Of a stretch of 64,000 bases of DNA, positions 20,127 to 33,175 are shown in pieces; within the stretch, counting starts at the first letter, position 1; each line of letters opens with the position of its first letter. The stretch is from contig CAXXTH010000018.1 in assembly GCA_963668025.2 (NCBI GenBank), positions 192,001-256,000 of the forward strand, in the 5' to 3' direction. Position numbers and translations under genes: made by a program. A model generated the notes under the pieces. The model was not told the origin of the DNA and made no database searches. It was given only the letters and a program-made list of their open reading frames with translations. This DNA comes from Candidatus Hydrogenedentota bacterium (GTDB lineage: Bacteria > Hydrogenedentota > Hydrogenedentia > Hydrogenedentales > SLHB01).

Positions 20127-21200
20127 ATGCGCTTGGCCCAGATGATATGCACGGATTTCCGGAGCCTGGAACACGTCGATTTCCAGCCGGGACCGGGCGT
20201 CACGGTGATCCGTGGCGGCAATGCCCAGGGGAAAACCTCGCTCCTGGAGGCCGTGCTGTATGCCGCCACTTCCAAAAGCCACCGCACCAGCCAGGAATCT
20301 GATCTGCCCCGCCATGGAGCAGAAGGCTTCAGCCTGCGTGCGCGGGTCGCCCGGCAGGACCGCGAGGTGGCCATCGAGGCCCATTGGTGGCATGGCCAGA
20401 AACGCTTCAAGGTGAACGGCGTGCCCCAAACCCGCATTAGCGACATTCTGGGCAAGGTGCATGTCGTGTTTTTCTCGCCGGAAGACGTGGCCCTCGTGCG
20501 GGGCGCGGCATCCGTCCGCCGCCGTTTTCTCGACATGGAACTGTCCCAGCTCAGCCCGGCCTATCTCCATGCGCTTCAACGGTATCGGCAGATATTGCGC
20601 CAGCGCAATGAGCTGCTGCGGCGCGGTGCATCCGATCCCACCCTGCTCGAGGTGTGGGACGAACAACTCGCCGCCGAAGGCGAATCCGTCATGCAGGAGC
20701 GCTGCGCATTCATCGAGGAATTGTGCCAGAACGCGACGAATGCACACGCCCAAATCGCCGATGGCGAGCAATTATCGGTTCTCTACGAACCGGACATTCG
20801 AGCCGGAGTGTCGTTCCGGGATATCTTGGCCGCCGCCCGCAAATCGGACCTCAAACAAGGCATGACTACACGCGGCCCCCATCGCGACGACATCGAGTTC
20901 ACCATCGGCGGCCAATCCGCCCGCGCCTTCGCCTCACAAGGCCAGCAACGTACAGCGGCTTTGGCCGTAAAACTGGCCGAAGTGGAACTGGTGCGCGGGC
21001 GCGCGGGTGAATATCCCATCCTCATGCTCGATGACGTGTTATCGGAATTGGACGCCCAGCGCTCACGCCATCTCTTCGGCGCTATCGGCCCGCACGTCCA
21101 ATGCCTGGTCACCACCACGGACCTCACCGGGCAAAACGGCCTCTTCGGCCCAGACGCAGCATATGTGCGCATCGAAGGAGGCTGCATTGAGGAAGCGTAA
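20127..21200 (+). CDS. recF: DNA replication/repair protein RecF
   Basis: GGNAQGKTSLLEA, KSHRT, RRRFLD, GPHRDD, SQGQQRT, LMLDDVLSELD. Confidence 0.97.
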   Translation: MRLAQMICTDFRSLEHVDFQPGPGVTVIRGGNAQGKTSLLEAVLYAATSKSHRTSQESDLPRHGAEGFSLRARVARQDREVAIEAHWWHGQKRFKVNGVPQTRISDILGKVHVVFFSPEDVALVRGAASVRRRFLDMELSQLSPAYLHALQRYRQILRQRNELLRRGASDPTLLEVWDEQLAAEGESVMQERCAFIEELCQNATNAHAQIADGEQLSVLYEPDIRAGVSFRDILAAARKSDLKQGMTTRGPHRDDIEFTIGGQSARAFASQGQQRTAALAVKLAEVELVRGRAGEYPILMLDDVLSELDAQRSRHLFGAIGPHVQCLVTTTDLTGQNGLFGPDAAYVRIEGGCIEEA

Positions 21201-21570
21201 AGAGGACACAGCCGGGGCCAATAGCCCCACGCCCAAACGACGCCGGGATAAAAGCCATCCGACTTCCGTCGCCTCTATTCTCGATAGCCTCAAGGCCACC
21301 ACCGCCCTGGGAACTCAACTCGAGCAGGCCCGCATTTGGGAAGAATGGCCCGCCCTCGCTGGCGCCCGCCTCAGCCCCCATGGTTTTCCCGTGACCGTCA
21401 AGGACGGCACCCTCTATATCGAAGCCGACAACACCGTGGCGATGCACCAGTTCGCCTACCAGAAATGGAAACTCATCCAGCGCATCAACCGCCTCGCCCA
21501 AAAAGAACTCATCTCCGACATCTTCATCCTCCTCCAGCCCGAAGATGAAAAACAGGAAGAACAGTCATAA
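21187..21570 (+). CDS. DUF721/DciA-family protein
   Basis: Directly downstream of recF; IWEEWPALAG, PVTVKDGTLYIEA pattern; TTG start inferred. Confidence 0.8.
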   Translation: MRKRKEDTAGANSPTPKRRRDKSHPTSVASILDSLKATTALGTQLEQARIWEEWPALAGARLSPHGFPVTVKDGTLYIEADNTVAMHQFAYQKWKLIQRINRLAQKELISDIFILLQPEDEKQEEQS

Positions 21571-21618
21571 TCATCTCTTTGCGCTTTCGCATTTTCGCGT
21601 GAAAATGCTCCTCCCCCC

Positions 21619-21657
21619 TTGACAACCCGCCCAAAAATGTATTAAAGTATTAATACA
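21619..21657 (+). promoter_or_regulatory. Promoter with YtrA-type operator palindrome
   Basis: TTGACA at 21619; TGTATTA-AAGTAT-TAATACA at 21638-21657 overlaps the -10 region. Confidence 0.75.
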
Positions 21658-21683
21658 ATTTGACAGGAACGGAGGTGGCGGCC

Positions 21684-22097
21684 ATGCGGCTTCATATCGC
21701 GCCTGACGGCGGCGTGCCCATCTACCAGCAAATCGTCAACCAAATGAAGTACCTCCTGGCCTCCGGACGCCTCGCACCCGGCGACGAAGTTCCCCCCATC
21801 CGCACCTTGGCGGAACAACTCCTGATCAATCCCAATACCGTCGCGCGGGCCTACCGCGAGCTCGAAGTCATGGGGCTCTTCACCAAGCGCCAGGGCGCGG
21901 GCACCTATGTGTCCGGTAAAGGTTCGCCGCTGGCCCAGGAAGAACGCCTGCGAATTTTACGTGAAAAAGTGGATGCGCTGCTGGCCGAAGCGGAACAGCT
22001 TGGCGTGTCCGTTGAAGAGGTGTCGCGTTTGATTGCGGAACAATATGCCGCCTTGAGGACGGCGCATGGAGAGGAAAACACACATGAAACCGAGTGA
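21684..22097 (+). CDS. GntR-family regulator, YtrA subfamily
   Basis: VPIYQQI, PPIRTLAEQLLINPNTVARAYREL, GAGTYV; short C-domain; precedes an ABC ATPase. Confidence 0.93.
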   Translation: MRLHIAPDGGVPIYQQIVNQMKYLLASGRLAPGDEVPPIRTLAEQLLINPNTVARAYRELEVMGLFTKRQGAGTYVSGKGSPLAQEERLRILREKVDALLAEAEQLGVSVEEVSRLIAEQYAALRTAHGEENTHETE

Positions 22098-23010
22098 TAT
22101 CGAGCAAATCGAGTATCCCATCCAGGTGAGCGGCCTATCCCGCCAGTTCAGCCAAACGTTTGCCCTAAACAATGTGGACCTGGCCGTGCCTCGCGGCAGC
22201 GTGTTTGGACTGGTCGGCGAGAATGGCGCGGGCAAGACCACGCTGGTCAAACACCTGATCGGACTCTACAAGGCCCAGCGCGGCTCGGTGCGCGTGTTCG
22301 GCCTCGACCCCGTCAAGGAAGTCGAGGCGGTGCTGGGCAACGTCGGCTACCTCTCCGAAGACCGCGATCTGCCCAATTGGATGACCGTGAGTGAGCTTAT
22401 CTGGTACGTGCAGTCATTCTACCCGGATTGGGACGCCACATACGCCGAGGAACTCCGGGAGTCCTTCGAGCTGGACCCCACGATGAAAATCAAGCACCTC
22501 AGCCGGGGCCGCCGCGCGCTGGCGGGACTCCTCGTGGCGCTGGCCCACCACCCCTCGCTCCTCGTCCTCGATGAACCCTCCTCGGGCCTCGACCCCGTCG
22601 TCCGGCGCGACATCCTCACCGCCGTCATCCGCACCGTGGCCGACGCCGGGCGCACCGTGCTGTTCTCCTCGCACCTGCTCGATGAAGTCGAGCGCGTCGC
22701 GGACAACGTCGCCATGGTCCACAAAGGCCAAGTCGTGCTGAGCGCCCCTATCAACGACCTGAAGGGCCGCCATTGCCGCCTCACGCTGCATTTCCCCGAG
22801 CCCCAGCGCACGGCCCCAGCCCTGCCTGGCGCTCTATTCTGGGAAGGTGAAGGCCGCGAATGGACCGCCATCTGCGACGGCGAAGCCGAAGTCCTCCGCG
22901 CCGCCGTGCAAAGCACGCAAGCCCAGATCGTAGAGGAAGGCATCCCCTCACTAGAAGACATCTTCGTGGCCCGCGTCCGCGCCGGCCGCCGCATGAAAAC
23001 GGAGGAGTAA
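22084..23010 (+). CDS. ABC transporter ATP-binding protein (YtrB-like)
   Basis: GENGAGKTT, LSRG, LVLDEP, SSH. Confidence 0.95.
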   Translation: MKPSDIEQIEYPIQVSGLSRQFSQTFALNNVDLAVPRGSVFGLVGENGAGKTTLVKHLIGLYKAQRGSVRVFGLDPVKEVEAVLGNVGYLSEDRDLPNWMTVSELIWYVQSFYPDWDATYAEELRESFELDPTMKIKHLSRGRRALAGLLVALAHHPSLLVLDEPSSGLDPVVRRDILTAVIRTVADAGRTVLFSSHLLDEVERVADNVAMVHKGQVVLSAPINDLKGRHCRLTLHFPEPQRTAPALPGALFWEGEGREWTAICDGEAEVLRAAVQSTQAQIVEEGIPSLEDIFVARVRAGRRMKTEE

Positions 23011-23014
23011 TACG

Positions 23015-24667
23015 ATGTATCGCCCTATACGCGCATTATTATGGGAACAATGGCGGCTGCTCCGCTGGCCTATCATGGCGACCGTGTTGTTATCATTCTC
23101 ACTTGTTGCTATTCCAGCGTTGTCGATGGTTCTATTTCCCCTTACTCCTGGAGAATTCGTCATCGCCGTCTTCATTCTTCTTGGTTTCATTGTTTTACTT
23201 TTATCCTGTTTTGCAGGAAAGCCCGAAGGGAAGACTCCCGTGTTTCCATCTACACTTCCTCTACGCACCTACAAATTCACTGCAGTACGATTCTTCACCC
23301 AAATCATCATTCCTGGAACATTCTTGCTTATTATACTCTCCTTACTACAATCCGCAGACTCGATATCTGCAACGGACCTTGAACCTGTTTCGTATGCACC
23401 ATTATCAACTACACTTATGTTTGTAGCCTTTTTTTCGGCGTTCCATGCGATCTTTAGCTGGCCAAAATTCGAACGCAACTTTCTGATGGGAATTCTGTAC
23501 CTACTATTCCTATTCTATCGAGAACCCATTATTGCTTTGTTCACTCAAGCTACCAAGAGCTGGGCTATGGCCGGCCTGCTCGGAGGCATAACCATCTTGC
23601 TGTTCTTTCTTCTGTCCGTCTTAGGCGATAGCAAACAGCGCCATAACCACAGCCCATTGGCGATGAAGACATTCGGCCATTCTTTCTTGCATCCAAGGAG
23701 GTTGTTCTCACGCGGAAGGCCTCATCTCACACGCGATAGAGCTCAGGTTTGGTTCGAGTGGAACATTTTTGGAAAGGCTTTTCTGTTGACCCCCCTTATA
23801 TATTTTATGTTATTTCTATATTTGTATGTTCCGTTCTATGTACACCTGTTACAGACACATAACTATAGTTCAAGTGATTTACTGCGAAATATTCTTTTGT
23901 CAAAGTTTATTTGGGTGGCAGCCTATTCCTCATTTTTAGTGGGAAACATCGTCACCCAATCCTTTTCCCGCCAGTCTGCACCTTTGAACACCCCAATCAA
24001 TATGGCGCTGCCCGCTCATACCGCCATGCTCTCAAAAGCTAGACTTAAAACAGGACTATACGGTATATCCATAAGTCTCGTAACCACTCTATTGGTCTAT
24101 GTTACTTATTTTTGCTTTTATAATGGCTCATATTCCTCGTTTACCCAATACTTTTTCCAATCAGATCAGTGGTCCGAAGCACTCATTTCTTACGGTTGTA
24201 TGGCGGTACTTGCGGCCTTAGGCGCCTGGACTATGCTATGGTTCGGATTTGTCATATGCGGCGTCTTTCTTTTGTCAATTGTTTTCTCAGGTATATCTAC
24301 AATTCTAGATATCTTTTGCCATAGCAACACATCAAGCATTATGACTTCGCTTTACTATCTTCTCGTAGCCTTTGGAATACTCGTAGGCGTGTTCTTGCTT
24401 TTCCGATGGGCCTCGAAGAACCGCCTTGCCCATTCCCGCACCTTGTATATCTTGGCAACTATGTGCCTCCTGATGCCCGCAGCTTCTGGATTGTTCCTCA
24501 CCAGTTCGCTCGTGTGGCCGTTACCCATTGCCGATTACGTCGCCATATCCGGTCTCGATACTTTCTACAATTGGACAAAACTGCTTTTCTGGATGTCCAT
24601 TGCCATATTGCCTGTTCTTCCCTTTCTGACCGTTCCATTCACTATTCAACACATACGGCACCGGTGA
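23015..24667 (+). CDS. Polytopic membrane protein, ABC-2-type permease-like, paralog 1
   Basis: LLWEQWR start, mid WFEW repeat, many TMs, ends PFLTVPFTIQHIRHR; AT-rich. Confidence 0.7.
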   Translation: MYRPIRALLWEQWRLLRWPIMATVLLSFSLVAIPALSMVLFPLTPGEFVIAVFILLGFIVLLLSCFAGKPEGKTPVFPSTLPLRTYKFTAVRFFTQIIIPGTFLLIILSLLQSADSISATDLEPVSYAPLSTTLMFVAFFSAFHAIFSWPKFERNFLMGILYLLFLFYREPIIALFTQATKSWAMAGLLGGITILLFFLLSVLGDSKQRHNHSPLAMKTFGHSFLHPRRLFSRGRPHLTRDRAQVWFEWNIFGKAFLLTPLIYFMLFLYLYVPFYVHLLQTHNYSSSDLLRNILLSKFIWVAAYSSFLVGNIVTQSFSRQSAPLNTPINMALPAHTAMLSKARLKTGLYGISISLVTTLLVYVTYFCFYNGSYSSFTQYFFQSDQWSEALISYGCMAVLAALGAWTMLWFGFVICGVFLLSIVFSGISTILDIFCHSNTSSIMTSLYYLLVAFGILVGVFLLFRWASKNRLAHSRTLYILATMCLLMPAASGLFLTSSLVWPLPIADYVAISGLDTFYNWTKLLFWMSIAILPVLPFLTVPFTIQHIRHR

Positions 24668-24735
24668 ATACGTAGACCTATCGGTTCCAGAATCATTTGA
24701 AGTCATCGTTTCACACGAAGTTACCGAGATCGATT

Positions 24736-24808
24736 CTTCGTGTACTTCGTGCTCTTCGTGGTGAAAAATTCCGGATCTTTCACCACGAAGAGCACGAAGA
24801 ACACGAAG
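24736..24808. repeat. REP-like long hairpin (CTTCGTG...GGTGAAA / TTTCACCACGAAG...)
   Basis: Near-perfect inverted repeat; homologous copy at 26478-26548. Confidence 0.8.
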
Positions 24809-24847
24809 GAAGAGGCCCTTCTCGAACATGAAAGGAGGTTCTACGCC

Positions 24848-26410
24848 ATGCACGCACCTATCCGCACATTATTATGGGAACAGTGGCAAATGTTACGCGG
24901 TCCCTTGTTGTATGCCGTGGTTTATTCACTGGTGTGCGTCTGCTTCCCAAAGACTCCTGGCGCTTTTCTTATCGGCGCGGTATTTTACATTCTAGCATTT
25001 CTGTCTTTTATTCGTTTTGCAGACAAAATCAAGCTGGATTGGGGTAATTTTGGTACAAACTCCCACGCATTTCAGTTTCTGCTTCCACTGCATACCTACA
25101 AAATTGCAGCAGCGTACTTTTTCCCGCGCATTCTTGTCTTCGGGCTGAGCCTATGCGCGATGCACACTTTGTACGCAACGGTTACCATAGTTTTCGACTT
25201 CAACTTTGGGCTTGCAGCAAAAGATATCCGTTCCACGTTCATTTCATTCGTCCTTATATTCTCCGCGTTGCAAGCCATTTTGTCATTCCCAAAGCTCCAA
25301 CGCGCCATCGTTGGAGCCTCTCTGATTGTGGTGTTGGGGAGCCAAGTCAATACTCTGTCTCATCTGCTTTCTGAGGCAGCGAAATCTTGGTATACTACAG
25401 GTCTGCTGTCCTGCTTCTTCATGTCTGTCTGCTTTGGTATGTCGATATGGGGAATCAGTAGACAGCGCCATCAGCCAGGCAGGACGGTGAGGCCCTATTG
25501 GATATTAACCAGATCTCACAAAACTCGGTGCTCGGTGCCTAAAACCACACCAAGCACACGTGAAAAAGCTCTGTTCTGGTTTGAATGGCGGACTTATTCC
25601 TGGAAAATATGGATTACTTCGTTCGCAGGTAGTTTTGCCTCCTTGCTTATTTTTTTACCCTATGATTCAGCTTATTGCATTAACGCGTTGCATATTCTCA
25701 TGCTTGTTTCTATTATACTTTCATCCTCGATTTGGGGAGGAATAATGCTTCTACACTGTGACCGTGGACAATGCAATGCAAATGCTCTCGTATATATGGC
25801 GCTGCCAATAAGCACTTCCACGATGGCCAGAGCACGTATAAAAGCAGGGGCATGCGGCATAATATCAAGCTTTGCCACCGCATTGATTGTTTCAATGATC
25901 GGTTTATCTGTTTACTATATCTACAATGTACATTTTTCTGTCTATTCATATCTTCCACTTGAGATTAATCCATCTGAATATCTATTTGCCAAAAGTGGGG
26001 TGATACTCATTTCCATTTTTGCTGTTTGGACAATCCTATGGCTAAGTATCTTTCCACCTGCTATTTTTATGTTTGTCTATGTGTTACTTGACCACAATGT
26101 TTATTTGCATTTGTATTTTTTCCCAAGCATCATTATTTGTATATTTTTTCTTTTCAGTTGGCTATTGAAGAAAAAACTACTGACTTTTAATATTCTTCTA
26201 AAGCTCGTAGCGCTATGGATCTTGTTAACCATCTTGTCTATAGCAATCTCACTTTTTCCTGATAAATCGATTACTTTTCCTATTTCACTATTTAATTTTA
26301 CTTTTCAAAAGATCTGTTCATCGTTGTTTTTTTGGTGTCCATTTTCCGTATTGCCTGTTTTGCCATTCTTGACCGTTCCACTCACTATTGAACGCATGCG
26401 GCACCGATAA
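24848..26410 (+). CDS. ABC-2-type permease-like membrane protein, paralog 2
   Basis: GGAGG RBS; MHAPIRTLLWEQWQ; WFEWR; ends PFLTVPLTIERMRHR. Confidence 0.7.
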   Translation: MHAPIRTLLWEQWQMLRGPLLYAVVYSLVCVCFPKTPGAFLIGAVFYILAFLSFIRFADKIKLDWGNFGTNSHAFQFLLPLHTYKIAAAYFFPRILVFGLSLCAMHTLYATVTIVFDFNFGLAAKDIRSTFISFVLIFSALQAILSFPKLQRAIVGASLIVVLGSQVNTLSHLLSEAAKSWYTTGLLSCFFMSVCFGMSIWGISRQRHQPGRTVRPYWILTRSHKTRCSVPKTTPSTREKALFWFEWRTYSWKIWITSFAGSFASLLIFLPYDSAYCINALHILMLVSIILSSSIWGGIMLLHCDRGQCNANALVYMALPISTSTMARARIKAGACGIISSFATALIVSMIGLSVYYIYNVHFSVYSYLPLEINPSEYLFAKSGVILISIFAVWTILWLSIFPPAIFMFVYVLLDHNVYLHLYFFPSIIICIFFLFSWLLKKKLLTFNILLKLVALWILLTILSIAISLFPDKSITFPISLFNFTFQKICSSLFFWCPFSVLPVLPFLTVPLTIERMRHR

Positions 26411-26477
26411 TTACGTAGGAATATCGACAAAAAAACATTTAAGGTCATATTTTCATACGAAGTTTCCGAGATCGATT

Positions 26478-26548
26478 CTTCGTGAACTTCGTGCTCTTCG
26501 TGGTGAAAAATTCTGGAGCTTTCACCACAAAGACACGAAGACACAAAG
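26478..26548. repeat. REP-like long hairpin (second copy)
   Basis: Same sequence family and flanks as 24736-24808. Confidence 0.8.
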
Positions 26549-26591
26549 AGCTTTTCAGACAAGTAGATCAAGTGGAGGAGGAGTTAGTATC

Positions 26592-28214
26592 ATGCGTGCT
26601 ATATACGCCCTGGCTTGGGAACAATGGCGACTAACCAGGCAGGCCCTGTATGTCGCTATAAGTCTTTCTTTGTTTATTGTTTTACCAAGAATGCTTATAT
26701 ATATTTCGCTATCTCAAGTCTCGATGCCGGGACTTATTGCTGATGATATTGTCAATATAGACATGGGCGGAGCCATTGACACGATATTCTTCTTCGTAGG
26801 CGTGTATTTTCTTTTTGCGTGTTCGGATGCGTATGAGATTGGCCCAAGTCCGCAGCGCCATCATTTCGTGCTTCCTCGACGCACCCGAAAAGTCGCAGCG
26901 GCTGTTTTCTTTTCCCGCATCTTCTTTTTTGGACTGAGCCTGTACGCCATGCGCACGCTTCATGCGTTATCATTCCCCAACTATCTTTTCTGGCCAGAGC
27001 AATACGAAATTCTCCTACACACCGTAAAATGGACCTCCCTTCTGGCCATTGCCCAGGCTATCCTTTGGTGGCCGATGTTTGTGCGAGTCATTGTCGGCGT
27101 ATCGGGATTCTTTGTCGTGTTGCATTTCCTGGTGAATCCGCCTCCGGTGTTGCTGAACTTGGTCAACGGTACCACCGGTTTGGTTCTGGCGTTTGGCGTG
27201 ATTATGGCCGCGAGTCTCTGTTTTGCGGAACGGGGATGGAGCCGCTATCGGCATGGCGTCACGGCGTTGCCCGGCTTCGTCCTGCGGCTTGGCGATGCCC
27301 TCCCAACCATGTTTTCGCCACGCACGGATAGTCCATGTTCCAGCAAGTGGACACAGCTATGGTTCGAGTGGCGCATCTTCGGCGTTTATATTTGGCTTAT
27401 CGCAATGGCGATAGTCTTCGTGCCATTTCTCTTTTACGTTCCCTTTATCTGGAAGACTCCATCTTCTATTGCGAGTTATTTTTCCGTACAATATGCGGTG
27501 GGACCTATGGCGGCCGCGGTTATTTGGAACCTCCTATTTTTCATGAAAAGCCCGTTTGAACACGGAAATGCCGACGTGGCGGTAAAAATGGCGCTTCCGG
27601 TGCGGACTTCCGTGCTCGCCACATCACGGCTCTATGCCGGTCTGTTCGGCTTGACGTCCAGTTATGCCGCCATAGCGATACTCTTTACTGCTTGTAACCT
27701 GTTCACAAACATTCAACCTTTGCCACGCAGCCTGGTCTTCCTCGCGCCTGTGCTATTCATAATCACATGGGCCTTGCTATGGCTAGGATCGCCCAAAACA
27801 TACATATTGATTGTTGCCGTCGAGTTCATCCTCTTCGTGCCATCTGGCTGCCTTGCAATAGCAGGCTCTTATGGAAGTCCCTTTTGCTATGATTTCCTGC
27901 TTTCTGCCGCAATAATCACCGTTGTGACGCTCGTTATACTCGTTTCCGTGTTTCGGGAAGACGTGCCCATAAGAGGCAAGCTATTCGCGGTTTTTCTCAT
28001 ATGGCTGCCATTGGCGGTTTTCCTTCACATGAAGGGATATTTCGCTTTTGATTTCCCTGGTTCATACACCAACGCTTTGCGGATGTTCATGGCCGCCTCG
28101 TTCGCTTTGTTGCCCGCGTTGCCGCTGTTGACTGTCCCGCTATCCATCGAACGCATGCGCCACGGAGAGAAACGCGTCGCAAGATTTCAGATCATTCGCC
28201 ATGAAGAGAATTGA
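26592..28214 (+). CDS. ABC-2-type permease-like membrane protein, paralog 3
   Basis: GGAGGAGGAG RBS; MRAIYALAWEQWR; WFEWR; PLLTVPLSIERMRH. Confidence 0.7.
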   Translation: MRAIYALAWEQWRLTRQALYVAISLSLFIVLPRMLIYISLSQVSMPGLIADDIVNIDMGGAIDTIFFFVGVYFLFACSDAYEIGPSPQRHHFVLPRRTRKVAAAVFFSRIFFFGLSLYAMRTLHALSFPNYLFWPEQYEILLHTVKWTSLLAIAQAILWWPMFVRVIVGVSGFFVVLHFLVNPPPVLLNLVNGTTGLVLAFGVIMAASLCFAERGWSRYRHGVTALPGFVLRLGDALPTMFSPRTDSPCSSKWTQLWFEWRIFGVYIWLIAMAIVFVPFLFYVPFIWKTPSSIASYFSVQYAVGPMAAAVIWNLLFFMKSPFEHGNADVAVKMALPVRTSVLATSRLYAGLFGLTSSYAAIAILFTACNLFTNIQPLPRSLVFLAPVLFIITWALLWLGSPKTYILIVAVEFILFVPSGCLAIAGSYGSPFCYDFLLSAAIITVVTLVILVSVFREDVPIRGKLFAVFLIWLPLAVFLHMKGYFAFDFPGSYTNALRMFMAASFALLPALPLLTVPLSIERMRHGEKRVARFQIIRHEEN

Positions 28215-28220
28215 ATTGAT

Positions 28221-28280
28221 ATGCACGCCTATTCGCGCCCTGCTTCGGGAACAATGGAGATTGCGGCGAATAGAAACCCA
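28221..28280 (+). pseudogene. Relic 5' end of a fourth permease paralog
   Basis: ATGCACGC then an out-of-frame PIRALLREQWRL, cut by a REP-like repeat. Confidence 0.65.
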
Positions 28281-28325
28281 TTTCACCACAAAGACACAAA
28301 GGCGCAATGAATTGCTTCTGATTCC

Positions 28326-28607
28326 GTAACACTTTAGCGGACTGAAGCAAGAGCTGCTTTTTTTTTAGACATGATTTACAAGATGAACAAGATTGAACAA
28401 GATCGCCAGGATTATTTACAGATTTGAAAGTTAATCTATGAAGTGTCCGGGCGCGTTCTTTTGTGTAGTAAAATTGCCATTAAAAAAATCTTGTCTCATC
28501 TTGTAAATCATGTCAAAAAAGAAATACCTCCATCATAGGCGGTTTATTATGTATTCTCAGTTCAAAAAACGTCCCGATGCTTTTACTTCAGTCGGCTAAA
28601 GTGTTAC
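28326..28607. mobile_element. MITE (282 bp) with 29-bp TIRs and 8-bp target duplication, nested in a REP-like element
   Basis: TIR GTAACACTTTAGC(G/C)GACTGAAG; CTGATTCC at 28318-28325 and 28608-28615. Confidence 0.85.
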
Positions 28608-28650
28608 CTGATTCCTTGTGTCTTCGTGCCTTTATGGTGAATTGTTTGAA

Positions 28651-31021
<2,371 letters not shown>

Positions 31022-31025
<4 letters not shown>

Positions 31026-31405
31026 GTGCTCGTTTTCCTCGGGATTCGTATCGTCAGATAGCCACAGTCATATTGGGCTTCGATGTGTTCCGCATCCGCC
31101 TCTTCCGGCAACCGGAGCGTCCTCGCGAAATCTCCATACGGGATCTCCATTTGGTGGACATGCAGCGTGTCCGGCGGTACTTGCTTTGTGCGCGCGCCAG
31201 TGATATCGAGAACACCCTGCTTCACCATGACATGCACTTGGCCTTCCCGCACGCCAGGTATCTCCACCAGCACAATGATGTCGGATTCGCGCTCATACAC
31301 ATCAATGGGGGGCTGCCAGGCGGCGTTTTGCATACGGCCCAGCGCATCTTGCTCCCGAAGCCCAGCCGAGTGGATATGAGCAAAAAAACGGCTATATTCT
31401 CGCAT
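31022..31405 (-). CDS. Hsp20/alpha-crystallin small heat-shock protein
   Basis: WQPPIDVYE, VEIPGV, EIPYGDFARTLRLP, GYLTIRIP; overlaps the lon start. Confidence 0.92.
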
Positions 31406-31511
31406 GGCGGCATCCTCGCATAATCAAACTGATAGAAGTATAGCTCCCATTTCGGTAGTGGCGCAACGCGGCGGCAAAGGATGATGCGCACCTATCGGGA
31501 ATGAAAATTAT

Positions 31512-31592
31512 CGCAGAGTCGCAGAGAACGCGAAGTTTCGCAGAGGGAGTGTTACTCTGCGCTTCTTAGCGTCCTTTGCGTTCTCTGCGTTC
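31512..31592. repeat. REP-like imperfect palindrome (CGCAGAG..CGCAGAG / CTCTGCG)
   Basis: Intergenic inverted repeat with internal periodic units. Confidence 0.6.
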
Positions 31593-31899
31593 AATATGTC
31601 TTCGGTTATATATATCACTGCTCGTACATAGCTTGCTTGTCATGTTCATCGGACGAATCATTGTTAGGAGTTTTCCGACATTTCTCAGGCCATTTTGCTT
31701 CTGCAGTGAATCGTTGTACTTTCGGGATGCTATTTATTCGCCACGCCATTACCCTTTATGATTGGCCACCTGAGGTAGCAGGCGCTGGTGATAACACCTC
31801 AGAGGCCAGGTGCATCGGTCTAGTGTCTTTTATTCTCTCGGCGAATCACTCTCCGTCATATATTTCAACACGCTTAATGACGTATCAACTCGCATATCC

Positions 31900-33175
31900 T
31901 CAGGCCTCTTTTGCCGTTTGATCCCGGAAGAAAACGCCAAACACTATCGCCGTCACAAGGCCTATAACCGCGCAGGTATACCAGAATGGCGAATAATTGA
32001 AGACGCCGACATCCGAGGTACAGGCTTTTTGCAGCCACCCGGAAAGCCATCCGCCTAGGATAGGCCCGCCGCCCAGTATGATGATGCCATACACGGTCTG
32101 GGCGCTGTGGCGCACATCTTCCTCGGCCAGCCGATCCACATAGATATATGAACCCGCGAAGAAGCAGGCATAACAGAAACCGTGCAGCGCCTGGCTGGAA
32201 ACCACCGCCCAGACCGGCAGCATTTCGGAAGACCCAAACACCGCGTAACGGGCGAAATAGGCCAGAATACCCACGACCATGATTTTCCGGAACCCGAGTG
32301 AGACCAGCATGCGGCCAAGAATAGCCATGACGGCGATCTCCGCGAATTGGCCAATCGTCATCACTGGGCCAATGTCACTGTCGCGGATGCCCAACGAGGA
32401 CAGAAACGGAGCAGTCTGTAGGAAATAGATTTGATGAATCACACTTACGGCGAGGCTTGCCACCACCAGCAGCGTGAAGGAGGGCCAGCGGAATAAGGCA
32501 AACGCCTTGGCGAAAGCGAGTGGTTCGCGGGCGTCGCGTTTCGGCGGAGTGGTAGGCAGAAATAAACAAAAAGCTGCGTAGCCAAACGACATTAGCCCGG
32601 AGAATTTCAGCGCGTCCACCAAGCGCGCCGTCACCTGGGGCACTTCATCGCCCACCACAAACGGCGGCATCCACTGCAAATGCAGACCCGTTTGCAGCCA
32701 AATCATGGGGAAAACCCAGCTCGCGGCGATCCAGCCCAGCGTTCCCCAAACCCGCACCATGGGGAAATCGCGCTTCTGATCTTCAAGATGGGCAAAGGCC
32801 ATCGAGTTCGACAGCGCCAGTGTGGGCATATACACTACACTATAAAGTATAGAAAGAATCAACCATGCGGAATAACTCTTCTGATAGGCTATACACCATA
32901 TGATGATGCCGCCAGTGAACAAGAGCACGGCAAGACAGCGCTCCGTGCGGAAATACCGATCGGCCACTTGCCCGGCGAGGAATGGGGGCTACGGCCGCGC
33001 CCACGGAGCCCGCAAGGCCTAGAATCATGCCAATTTGCGCGCCGGTGAATCCCAAGCCGCCCTGGCTGGGATCCGCCGCTAGATACCGCGCCGCTAAGGG
33101 CAGCCACGCCCCCCACACGGCATACTGCAAAAACATCATCGTACTGAGTCGAGACTTGATATTTGGCTGCATCAT
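31900..33175 (-). CDS. MFS nucleoside:H+ symporter-like permease (NupG/XapB family), one +1 frameshift
   Basis: MMFLQYAVWGAW, ADRYF, YMPTLALSNS, RVWGTLGWI, GQFAEI, LHGFCY; extra base in G5 at 32984-32988. Confidence 0.88.

Noticed and set aside
24736-28641. CRISPR array or integron attC cassettes
   Set aside because: No regular repeat-spacer units, cas genes or integrase; the hairpins lack clear attC RYYYAAC/GTTRRRY ends.
31600-31890. Possible ncRNA or small ORF with a hairpin (GGCC..CTGAGGT/ACCTCAG..GGCC)
   Set aside because: No recognisable riboswitch or RNA family motif; cannot be supported from sequence alone.
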